DNA of 63,442 nucleotides, filler included, from Rhabdomonas costata (taxonomy: Eukaryota): NCBI GenBank assembly GCA_019059605.1. It is 55 parts of 55 records of this genome, joined end to end, with 100 filler letters (N's around TTAATTAATTAA, not from the genome) between each part and the next. Parts side by side here need not be neighbours in the genome. Positions count along the whole stretch, not along the records: positions 47,378 to 48,432 come from JAHMHO010031060.1; positions 48,533 to 49,587 come from JAHMHO010031061.1; positions 49,688 to 50,742 come from JAHMHO010031062.1; positions 50,843 to 51,897 come from JAHMHO010031063.1; positions 51,998 to 53,052 come from JAHMHO010031064.1; positions 53,153 to 54,207 come from JAHMHO010031065.1; positions 54,308 to 55,362 come from JAHMHO010031066.1; positions 55,463 to 56,512 come from JAHMHO010031067.1; 47 more parts are not named here. One strand, 5' to 3'. The number at the start of each line of letters is the position of its first letter. Within the stretch, counting starts at the first letter, position 1. The notes beneath the pieces are model-generated. The model searched no databases. It was not told the DNA's origin and was given only the letters and a program-made list of their open reading frames with translations. The translations under genes were made by a program, and so were the position numbers. Below are positions 48,133 to 59,332 of this stretch, piece after piece.

Positions 48133-50942
48133 GTGTGCGTTTTCTTCCTCAGTCGAATTCTCTCCTGGACTCGAGGTCGGTGGCCCTGAGATCCGCTGCA
48201 GCCACACTAAGACCAATAATACTTCAACTAAATGTAGAACTTAACATGCTGGCAATGTCTCAAAGACCTCCGCCAGCCTAGAAACGAGGAATGCGCCACG
48301 GAAAGTACCGTTTTTTTTACTTTGCTTTTACTTTGACACGTCCAGCGACTAAATACCACGCAGTCTGCGGGCTTTTTCTTGGGACTGAATTTCAAAGGGT
48401 GTCATATGGTTTCAGTCATATGACACCCACCCNNNNNNNNNNNNNNNNNNNNNNNNNNNNNNNNNNNNNNNNNNNNTTAATTAATTAANNNNNNNNNNNN
48501 NNNNNNNNNNNNNNNNNNNNNNNNNNNNNNNNGTGTGGTTATCAACGACATTCTGGTCTCCCACCTCCACCCCCATCTCTTCACTTTCATTTTTGAGCGG
48601 TCTCCGAATAGAAAGTCGGAAAGGCCTTTCTTTGCTGGTCGACCGAAGCTGAAAGGGTGGTGGTTCGGGAATACCGCCGGCAGCCATACCTTGCGGCTTT
48701 TTTGTCCACTGGGAAACTGGGACACTACGTGTAGTTTCTATTGAGTTTTGAGGTCCCAATGTTTGTAAATCAAACAAGATTAACCGTTGCGTGCCATCAA
48801 AAGGAGTCATTGGCCGAGAGGGGGGATGACTTCAGTTTTAACTCAACGCAATGTAACTGGTTTGACGTTTTTAGTTTGCGACGACGGAAATTGGGTGTGT
48901 GCATTTAGCACGTGGAGCAGCCATACAAAGGGAATGTCCTATGAACCCCAACCGAAGTGACACTAGTGAGCTCTGTGTTTTCCGTTACATAACGACGACG
49001 AGTTTTGCAGTAGATGAACCCATTTCATTTCCCCCATTTCCCCTGTATTAGGCTTTGTGCTGGACCCAACACACTGGCGATGACCCCTAATTGTTGGAAG
49101 CTAGAATTAGCCCCCAGGGGATCGAAATGAGGGTTTGGCTTGATCAGCAGCCGATTGGCCACCAAACGGGTTTTCTTTTCTGCTGTCCATTGATAAACTT
49201 TTTTGTGTTCTGCCTTTATTGAGTTTTTCAAAACGATATGGCCCTCCAGCACGCAGTGAGTTGTATGTCGAAGCTGTGGTGATATGGTTTGTGGTGCAGG
49301 AGGGCGGGTCGGGGTAAAAAGTAGCACCTTCACTCCTGCGTTCTCCTCCGTTCAGTACTTTTGCGCAATCAGTGAGCCCGCCGCGGTCCGTGCTGAGCTC
49401 CCCTGGGGCCCCCTTTGGGGCGCTGCTGAGTGAGATCCGCCACAGCCTCTCCGAGCCAGGCTCGCTGTGCCGCAGCCTCATGCGCGGCTCCCACACCTTT
49501 ACTCACATCCACCCCAACTCCAGTGCCCCCTCCCAGTCCCACCACCATCACCACCACCACCATCACCGCACCTCTCCCACCACCACANNNNNNNNNNNNN
49601 NNNNNNNNNNNNNNNNNNNNNNNNNNNNNNNTTAATTAATTAANNNNNNNNNNNNNNNNNNNNNNNNNNNNNNNNNNNNNNNNNNNNGGGGTTGTTTTAG
49701 GGACCTGTCGGATACGATGGGCATCGGCGGAAAGCCTCAACAGGATGGACGGGGCCTGACAAGTATTTGCAGGGTCCAAATTCCTTTGGTGTTGTGTGGA
49801 GCGGAGTCGGCTCAAATCGGAGGCTTCGGCTGGGGAGAGTGATCAAACATTAAGGAGGTGTAGGTGTGGACATCGTGACGTGCCAGCCATCCTCCCCTGA
49901 GCAAGCATTATGCGAATGTGGCTGGGGATCGCATGGGCAGCGCACCTTTCACCAAGCCTGGGATGAGCCTGATCAACGACATGATATGATTTCGCTGTCC
50001 GATAAACACAATACCCACCTGCCAGATGTGGGATTGGGGAGGGTGGTCGGTTTGAAGTGGTCCACCTTCAAACTGGTTGGAATGAATTGCTTGGAATTGA
50101 GCAGAGAACCTTACTGAGTCCATGCGAGTCCATGTGCTTCAAAGAGAAAGACGAGATGGCCAACACGCTGGCTTCACCTGTTTTGGAGGACTGCCACGCA
50201 ATTCTGAGTGCAATCATGCCGGCTTTTTGGTACCGGCTTTTTTCTTCCCTGAAAACGGCTTTTGTTGTTTTGGCACACTTCTCCAGAGCGAGAATATATT
50301 CGCCATGCCTTCGCCCACAAGAGGAAAAAACAGGGAGCACCACCCCACTATAGACTGCAAAGGGTTCCTCTTCTCTTTATTTCTCTTCTCTTGGCGGCAA
50401 AGGGATGGTTCACGATGGGCAAGAAAGGGGGGTTCCTTCCCCACACCGCTCAAACCTCTCTCTTGAGGAAAGGAAATGAGCTCTTAGGCAAATGGCAACG
50501 AATGGCAGCAACAATCGGGGGGAGCAACACGGACGAGGGGAAAGACAAATGGGCAAAGATGATCCCTTTGACCACGGCTGAGTTGTAGGGAGGGGTTTCC
50601 ACAATCCTCTCAGATGAGGGTGTGGGGCAGGCACTCAAGGGGTAATGAACGAGTTGTGTAGGGGAATGTAGAGCAGAAAAACACACACACGAGGACCTAA
50701 ACTGAAGCGATGAAGGGCACGTGTAGTTGTAAGCACAAAAAANNNNNNNNNNNNNNNNNNNNNNNNNNNNNNNNNNNNNNNNNNNNTTAATTAATTAANN
50801 NNNNNNNNNNNNNNNNNNNNNNNNNNNNNNNNNNNNNNNNNNTGTTTTGTTGCCTTGTTACTCAATGGGTTTGTGTGCATTCTTGCCCTGTATTCTTGCG
50901 CTGCGCTGTGGCCCGACCCCGGTGGTGTGGGGTGAATTGCAG

Positions 50943-51159
50943 GTACATGCGGTGGGTGGTCCCGTGCCTGGGCTGGGCGGTTACCGGGGACTACCGTGCC
51001 TACCGCTACCTCAATGACAGTGTGGCTGAGTTTCCGTCTGGGGAAGAGCTTTGCGTGGTGCTTCGGCGTTGTGGGTTTACCACGGATCCTCCGCGGCCCA
51101 TGCTATTGGGTGCAGTCACGCTGTACTCGGCACGCGTGCCACCACACGAAGCACGTTGA
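50943..51159 (+). CDS. UbiE/MenG/COQ5-family quinone C-methyltransferase, terminal exon
   Basis: YMRWVVPCLGWAVTGDYRAYRYLNDSVAEFPSGEEL...GF...RPMLLGAVTLYSA; ttgcag acceptor; stop at 51157-51159. Confidence 0.85.
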
Positions 51160-53152
51160 AACGCTTGATTTCTTGCTCAGGCGCCGTGTGCCAAAACATG
51201 ATGACGGGCAATTATGCCCCGCATTTGCTGTCCATGGCGAAACTTTGCGATGGCTATTGTTTCACTTCCAGTGACGGGTGAAGGGTTTGCCGTCACTGTC
51301 CGTTTTGGAAGCAAAACATCCCAGAATCTTCAGTTGCCATGTCTGGACAATGCAATTTAGCACCCTCTGGACAAGCTTTCTTTTGGAATCCTGGGGTGAG
51401 TGCAAAAATGTGAGGTGGTTTTGCTTAGGTTTGCGGTTTGGTGGTGCGAAGCGACGGCGTAAACAACCCTGAGTGATAATACCAATAGTTCTGAATCTCG
51501 TTTTCCTTACTCGCTGGTCAATATTGAGCCCCAAAAAACTGCAGGGCCGTGAGGAGCACACCATCGAAGTTTCCAATTCAGCATTGCCGATGCGGGGGGC
51601 AGGGGGTCCAAGAAAAACTCTTTGGAGGGACTCATCTCCGGTCAAGGCCAAGCGGGGAGGAGTGTCCAGTATCCTCCTCTCACCTCCCCCGCTGCAAGCC
51701 TGGGCAGGGCTCTCGTGCCAGCTCCCGAGATCGTCCTCTCCGTCACCCTTCCTTTCTCTCTTCGAACCGGTTGCCCATCGGGGCCTTCTCGACAGGACCC
51801 ACCAGCTGCAGAATGGGGACCATATGGGTGAACAACACACCGCCATAGAGGACTTGTGGGATGGGGAAATGTCACTGCGTAGGTGTGCCAAAACAAANNN
51901 NNNNNNNNNNNNNNNNNNNNNNNNNNNNNNNNNNNNNNNNNTTAATTAATTAANNNNNNNNNNNNNNNNNNNNNNNNNNNNNNNNNNNNNNNNNNNNCGG
52001 AATTAAGGCCACCATAGCAAACAGTATTTTAGACATCCTTAATAAAAGTAACTCTTCCAGGGAGCAACAATGTACATTGGTTCAAAGAAAGCAGACAGGG
52101 CAAACAAGGCAGTAATCACAGAAAGTCGGAAGGGCAGAACAGCAGAACAGATACAAGGGGGGGAGGAGATCACGGGGGGGACAGGGGCATCGTCCCCAAC
52201 AGCTCACCACATCTCGAAAAGCACACTTCCCACCAATTTCAGGCAAAAATAAATCAATAGCGGAGGAAGTGAGTCTGAGAAAACTCTGGCGGGTTACCAG
52301 CTTTCACGGTCAGCATGGCCGGACGACTTGTCGCCTGAGAGGGAAAGGGAGGACGGGGAGTCTGTGTGTGTCGGGGTGTCGGGCTCTCTTCTCCATCTCT
52401 TTCCATTCACAACACCATTATCGCCCTTTGGAGAATGGCACTACGCAAGTTTTTTCTTTTATGCGAATTCAGTGTTGCACCGCGAGGAGAATTTTGTTCA
52501 CGCAAAGGGCGCCAAAACCTAACAATGTCTAAGCGCCTCGTGGCGCGGAGGCCTTATTAAACCCCGAAACAGATCGCCAGCGAAAATTTAACGCTGACAA
52601 CGTGCAACGTGGGACAACAATAGGACACCAGCCGCAGCAGGTCAGTGAGTTGCCGAAAGCTTCCGCTATACGAAAAACAACATAGGGGCAGCACCGAAGC
52701 TCTTCGATCTGCCGCTTCTGGTCCAGATAGGCCTTGCGGGCGATTTCAAACTCCTTCTCGTTGGCGGCTACCGTGCTCCTTTCAAGAAACAAGAGGCACC
52801 CTCCTTCACCGAAGGAGAAAAGAGCACTGCAAAATAATGGGCCACAGCAACAAACCGATGCACAATGAACCGGAAGGGGCAAGGGGTTTGTCAGGATCCC
52901 AAGCAAAAGCCCTTATGAGACGAGAGCAACATTTCGGTGAAGGAAGGAGTTCTCGAGAAGAAGAAGGATCGACAAGAAGTGATATGAACTTGGTGCGAAC
53001 AACGCGCTGCCAAAAAGTTTGCTTAAAATCCTGCTTCATCTAAGTAACCAACNNNNNNNNNNNNNNNNNNNNNNNNNNNNNNNNNNNNNNNNNNNNTTAA
53101 TTAATTAANNNNNNNNNNNNNNNNNNNNNNNNNNNNNNNNNNNNNNNNNNNN

Positions 53153-53944
53153 GTGTGGTGGTTCTCAAAGGTCTGCGACGGGGGGTGCATTGCGCGGAAG
53201 AGCTCGGGGTTGGAGGACTCAATCCGCAGGAGGTACCTACACATACGTTGGGCGTGGCGTTGGGTTGGTTGACACAGTCGAAACGAACAGGGCCACTGGG
53301 AACAACAGTGCGAGGGATTGAGGTCGCTATCACGAACAGGGCCACTGGGAACAACAGTGCGAGGGATTGAGGTCGCTATCGCACAATCTATAAAGGAGAA
53401 AGGATCTTGCATCCCTTGCATCTCTTTTCTGCCTCGTGCTGAATGCAACCTGATAATAAGACCGCGAAAGCTCCATGGGGTGCGCCAGAGTCCTATACGC
53501 CTGTCTCAGCTTCAAGGTTGGTAAATGCGCTTCACAGAGAAAAAAACTCAGGGGGGCTGAGCAGGAAAGGGGGGGGGGTTAACATCCGTTTCGCCATCTC
53601 AAAAAACCCATCACGAAATATCCATTGCAAAACTCGAAAAATACGCGCAGTGGGACACCGATGTTTGTGCTGGGAGGGCTCTGCTCAGCAATACGCACAT
53701 GCTCTTACCTGTGAGCCCCAGCGTCGTACAGGGCCTGGTAGTCCTCCTCGGGAAGCTCCCCCACGCTGAGGCTGATGCCCAGGCCCTGGCCGTGCTGGCG
53801 GTCGTTGGCTACGGTGCGCTCGCGGATCTTCTGGATCGCTGTGGTGAGATACTTCATCCGCTCTGGGGTCCGGAGCTCCCCGGACTGCAGCATAAGGCTG
53901 CCGTAGCGGTTCTCCTGGGCCCAGTCCGCAACCTCGAGAATTTC
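53153..53944 (-). CDS. hydE: Radical-SAM [FeFe]-hydrogenase maturase HydE (or HydE part of HydEF); exons 53944-53709 and 53236->
   Basis: EILEVADWAQENRYGSLMLQSGELRTPERMKYL...LGISLSVGELPEEDYQALYDAGAHR-YLLRIESSNPELFRAMHP. LQSGE, SLSVGE and AGAxRYLLRxE match HydE; phase-2 GT-AG intron. Confidence 0.88.
53283..53380. repeat. Perfect 49-bp tandem duplication in the hydE intron
   Basis: acgaacagggccactgggaacaacagtgcgagggattgaggtcgctatc twice. Confidence 0.95.
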
Positions 53945-56900
53945 CTGAGAGACAAACACCCGTGTATAGCACGGCCAAAGTACTGCAACTAAAGCGCAAA
54001 TGACAGCCAAAACGAAAGAGAAGGGCGAGGAACGATTCCGTACATAGGTATTCAAAAGGTGAAATTCAACAGCTGGCTTTTTGGGACGGGGCATAATCTT
54101 ATCACCGTTACAACGTATTCGTATTTTCCGATTCTCCAGGCTGCAGCTAGCTTGAAAGGGGTGGGGTAAAATGCACGCCAGAATACACATGTGGCGGCAT
54201 AGCCTAGNNNNNNNNNNNNNNNNNNNNNNNNNNNNNNNNNNNNNNNNNNNNTTAATTAATTAANNNNNNNNNNNNNNNNNNNNNNNNNNNNNNNNNNNNN
54301 NNNNNNNTGTTGTTGGTTAACTTTTGGTTGGTGTATCGTTGCGTGCAAGTGCAGTTCTATAGACGTGCCGCGTGCACTATAGCGTTTTCTTAGCCACTGC
54401 CACAACCCACCTTCCCATTTTTCTCGACGTTCTACTTTTGGGAACGTCATGCTGCTTGGGCTTTCCCTTCTTCGTCGGGATGCGGTTGCTATCTCACTTC
54501 GTACGCCCACTCTGTAACAAGTCATCCGCTGCCCCCCACAGAACGGCGTGGCATCTGCATCTGCAAATGCTATGCGGTCTTCCCTTAGTCTCAGTCAACC
54601 TTCAGTTCCACATCGTCGCTAATTGTTGCCTATGCCACCCTCCCAATCTCCGGTGATACCTGTGAGCTCAGACTCCGTGCACAACACTGCCCATACGTGT
54701 GCCAACGAACAGGATCAACGAAAACATTACAAATCCAGCTCGCTTTAGTCGGAAAAATACAACGGATGAACTCAAACGGGTTGGGTCCATAAGTTTTGCA
54801 TTCTGGGTATGAGGATGCACTTTTCCTTGGATCCAACCTCCCAGCAAACGCCAGTACCACAGCCAGTGAAGCACCCAACTGACTCTCAGTCGATCGGCGC
54901 ATGGCAATCCAAAAACATACGCCATACAGGGCACCAACAAAGACAAAAAACACGACGAAGACAAGAAAATGAATACTCCAACCAAAAGGGAGGGAGTCAG
55001 ACCTCATCTCGTCCCTTTTCGCGCTACACCTCACAAAGAGAAGAGAACCCTAACTTAATGCACACACACTGCGAAATAAAGGACAAATGTGAACGAGAGA
55101 AGGAACCGCTGATATACCCAACGACGATGAGACCGCGACCACACTACACCCGTTCACCCGATCAAGGGGATCAGTTATTGCACACCGTGGCGGAGGAGAG
55201 AAAAGGGATAAGGCTCGGAGGGCAATTGCGGCGACATTGCGCCCCAGTAAAGGCGCTTTCCAAGTAACCGTCCCCTGACTCCAGCCATGAGGACACGACC
55301 TCTGATGATAGTTCAGCAATGCTCGGAGGGGATGCGGCCGTTAATCCCCAGCACACCACAAANNNNNNNNNNNNNNNNNNNNNNNNNNNNNNNNNNNNNN
55401 NNNNNNTTAATTAATTAANNNNNNNNNNNNNNNNNNNNNNNNNNNNNNNNNNNNNNNNNNNNTGTGGTGGTTGGCCGCAGCGGATATCATGTGGACAGAG
55501 TCTTGTGTTAACGCAATTCTGTCGTATTTATCGTTCGGTTCGTTGTCACGGTTGTCTACGAAACCTCAGTCTTGAATACTCACATTCATTCCTTACTGTC
55601 TTTCGTAGATCGTAGCTTCCTAACGAGTGAATAGTGCGTTACTTTAAATGTAATTATTAACAGGGTTTTTCCGATGAATTGTGGTTCACATTTCTGGGTC
55701 CTCTGCAAGTATCTAACTCTCTTAGATTCTGATGTTGATGGTGATTGTAATCCATTCAAAACAAACGCTATATACGCTATCTACGCTGGGGCATTTTTCC
55801 GTTGCACGGAAGAAGACAGGACGGCGATTAGGGTGTTACCTTCTTGGGAAGTGAACTGAACCTGACAGTTTTTCATGCTTTTCATTGCCATTCCAGCGGT
55901 ATTGCACGGCAGTGTGCCTGGGTGGAGAGGAGGGCAGAAGGGGCCTCTGTGCAGAGCCGCCGGGGGTGAGAGAGCCGGGAGGCTCTGGGGTGGAGGTAAT
56001 ACTGTCAGGGAGTGTAACTTTGGCCCAGGGAGCACGGGTGGAGGCCCCACGGAGGAGGATTCCCGCGGTGGCGGTGGGATGACGTGAGCGCAGTGGGGGA
56101 GTGCCCTCGAGGCTTCGACGGCGAGGACGGGAAGGGATGGCGGGGTGAGCCTCAGGGGATGTGGTGCGCGGCCTGGAGGCAACCCCACCCCCAAACAAGG
56201 AAGCCCCTAAACCGCTCGGTTCCACATAGGTTTGTGTCTTCGAACGTGCTTACACTCAGCGGAGAGAAGACCTTTACACGGCGGCCGCGGAACATGAGAG
56301 CACACTGCTATTGACAGGGTGGATAAAAAAGTACTCGAGGGCAAGGGGATTCTACCGACGTCTGTTAAATCAATAATTTGAAATACTAACCCAAAGCGTT
56401 TTTTAAAAAGCAGCAACGCGGAAAACAGCATTGCATAAAAGCTTTCGGTTTCCGGAATCAACATAAAGAATTATGTGAAAGAGGTGCAAACAGTATCCAG
56501 CGACAACAAACCNNNNNNNNNNNNNNNNNNNNNNNNNNNNNNNNNNNNNNNNNNNNTTAATTAATTAANNNNNNNNNNNNNNNNNNNNNNNNNNNNNNNN
56601 NNNNNNNNNNNNATGCATACTCCTTTCCTCGTCATTCACTCCTCTTTCCCCTTGGGGCGGGTGTTCTGCTTTTTTTAAACTGCATTGAAGCACAGTGTTG
56701 AACGCTCGTGTTGTAAGTACACTTGTTGAATGCTCGTCCGTAATTCACGAGCTTGTAAATTCGGGTTGAAGACATACTTCGCCGCAAACCCGGCTCGTCA
56801 TATAACACTGCTTGTGATCGTCGTGACTGTTCGTCATTTTCCAGGCCAGCTCATCGGCGCCACGCCGAACTTGTTCCGGTGCGGGAGGCCTCGTTGCTGG

Positions 56901-57767
56901 GATGGTTTCTTTTCCTCCCTCCCGTCCTCCCTTCCCACCCCATCCCTTCCCTTCGCTACCTTTCTGAGTCGTTGGTGGTCGTTGGTTGTGGATTTAGTGG
57001 CGGAAGTAGCGCTGGTTGCCTCACTTTGAAGCAGCGAAGGCTGTCCTGGACTTTCCCGGAGAGAGGCGCTGTGTGTTTTTCAAATGGAATGAAATGGGGT
57101 TAAATGAAGTCAAGTGTTACGGAATATGGCCGAAAACTGTGATTGTGTCTTTTGCACAGAAAGCTGCCTTCGAGACCGCACCTCCTGCCCAGGTTTGGCG
57201 CAACTCTGCGATCTGTGATACCCCAGTGCAGATGCTTGGGAGGCGCTGATCTTGAGCCCCTCTCTACTGAAACGAAGATGGACTTTTCCACAGATACAGA
57301 AACGGATACAGTGCAACAGAAGTAGTGGCCGTTTCAAGCAGGGTAACCCGCGATTGCTGGTGTCGGAACACTAAGCAAGCGAAGTCAGCATGTGTTAGAT
57401 TTCTTTTCCTGTGCGGTGTCGCAGGCGGAGACGCCTTCGTCTGCTCGCCGCCTGAGACGTGAGGCAAGCAGTGCGTCTCCCGAAGCCGGCGGGGCGGCCG
57501 TCCCTGCGGCAAAGAGACACTCCATAGACAGCTCCACAGAGACCGAGGTGCACTCGCTCAGTTTTTTTTTTGTGTTTCATGAGAATGCATCATCACCTGA
57601 CATCCCGCCCACCACCTACAGCATTTCCCGCCCTTCATCCAGATTGAAACGGTGAGCTACCAGCCCTNNNNNNNNNNNNNNNNNNNNNNNNNNNNNNNNN
57701 NNNNNNNNNNNTTAATTAATTAANNNNNNNNNNNNNNNNNNNNNNNNNNNNNNNNNNNNNNNNNNNN

Positions 57768-58174
57768 ATGGTCATCGCGGGCTTCCTGGGGTTCTACCTT
57801 ACATACGTGCAGAGCCAGCAGAGCCTGCGGGGCATTGCCGAGGTGGATATGCAGGAGGCCGCGCAGAGCATTATGAGTCTGTTGGTGTCGAAGTTCGAGA
57901 CGGGGCATATGCTGAACCACGCAGAGTCGATTTTTTGCGGGCGCTCCGGTCTGCGTCTCGACAACTTTGTCAATGCGGTGAAGGTTTGGCTCCCTCTGAC
58001 GGTGTCCCAGATGCTTGGGGTGGCAGACACATATACTTTCTCGTTGGCTATTTGGCCTGTAACTCACGGGCCCGGCCGGATGGTGTCTTACAGTTCTGCC
58101 GGCTTGGCTGCATTGTTTTGTTTCAACTCTACGGTTTGCAACGACACGGTCAACTTCCCCGGAAGCAACTGCAG
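57768..58174 (+). CDS. Membrane-anchored receptor-like protein, partial exon
   Basis: Hydrophobic MVIAGFLGFYLTY followed by helical QSQQSLRGIAEVDMQEAAQSI; AG|gtttgt donor at 58175. Confidence 0.5.
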
Positions 58175-59012
58175 GTTTGTCCGGATGATGGTTTTCATGC
58201 GTTGATGTGACACAGAGAAGTGGAGTTGTCTGGTTACTCGATTTCTTGCGCTGCTTCCTTGTCAGCACTCCCTGAGCGTGATCAGAAATTTCCTGTGAGT
58301 ACTTTAGAAAGAATGAGTACAACGGTTAGTCGCCATGAGTTTTACCCACCGGCACAGCCGAATTGCCGCACTATTGTGGCGCTTCTGTGGGGTAACCACT
58401 TTGATTTCTTCTTCGCCTTTGTTGTCTCGCTTTTTTCCCCTTCAGTGTCAAGGGGATGGAGGTGTACTTTCTGGACCCGGGTACATTGTTGCCAGCGTTT
58501 GAAAATTCTTTGGCGGTGGAATCCACGGACCCCGATCCCATGACCTACTCCGGAATGCTCAGTGGTGCGTATGCCCGCGGTGTCGCCAATAAAGACAAGT
58601 TCGATGCTTCAGAAGGCATAAAGAACAGCCATTCACACAAAAGGAAGTTCATTGAGTAAATTCAGTGTCTACCCTGTGGTGAAAAGTTGTTTGGGCAAAA
58701 ATCCTCATTTGTGTCCGAGCTTTGAATTTAAAAAAGCGGGAAAAAAGCGCACACAAAAAGCGGAAAACTCCATATTACCCTCTCTACTCACAAGAATGTG
58801 TCAAAAACCCACAGATCCTTCGNNNNNNNNNNNNNNNNNNNNNNNNNNNNNNNNNNNNNNNNNNNNTTAATTAATTAANNNNNNNNNNNNNNNNNNNNNN
58901 NNNNNNNNNNNNNNNNNNNNNNTCCTCTCAAGCTATTTCGGATTGTGCCCTTTTGGGGTCTGCTCGTGTGCATGTCGTTTTCGTCACATTGCTGAATTGG
59001 TTTTGTGTGCAG

Positions 59013-59332
59013 GAGGCGGCAGACAACCTGTTCCATTCGCTGGCCGTGCCCCACGAGGTGGCCGAGGGCGGGCCGAAGCACCCCGCACTGACCTTCGCGG
59101 GGTTCCTGCAGGCCCTTGTGACGCTGTACGTGCAGGCGGAGAAGGAGTTCCCTGAGGAGCACGTCGCGCGGCTCACCAGCCGGGACCTCTGGCTGGGTGA
59201 GGGGTTCCGTTTGAAGAAGGCCCTGGCTCGGCCCTCCCGTGGGGTGCTGTCGCAGCTGCAGCAGGCCTTGGCCGGGATGAACCTCCTGACCTCGGGGCCG
59301 CAGAACTGCAGCCCGAACCTTTCCCCCCGCAG
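59013..59332 (+). CDS. Exon of an unidentified helical protein
   Basis: tgcag acceptor and AG|gtgctt donor; strongly GC3-rich EAADNLFHSL...LTFAGFLQALVTLY. Confidence 0.55.

Noticed and set aside
53283-53380. 49-bp duplication as a functional element
   Set aside because: A perfect two-copy intronic duplication is most simply recent slippage or an assembly artefact.
58540-58620. Further non-GT donors (CCG|gaatgc, AAG|gcataa; also CGG|gcatgg near 14456)
   Set aside because: No conserved protein anchor defines the exon ends.
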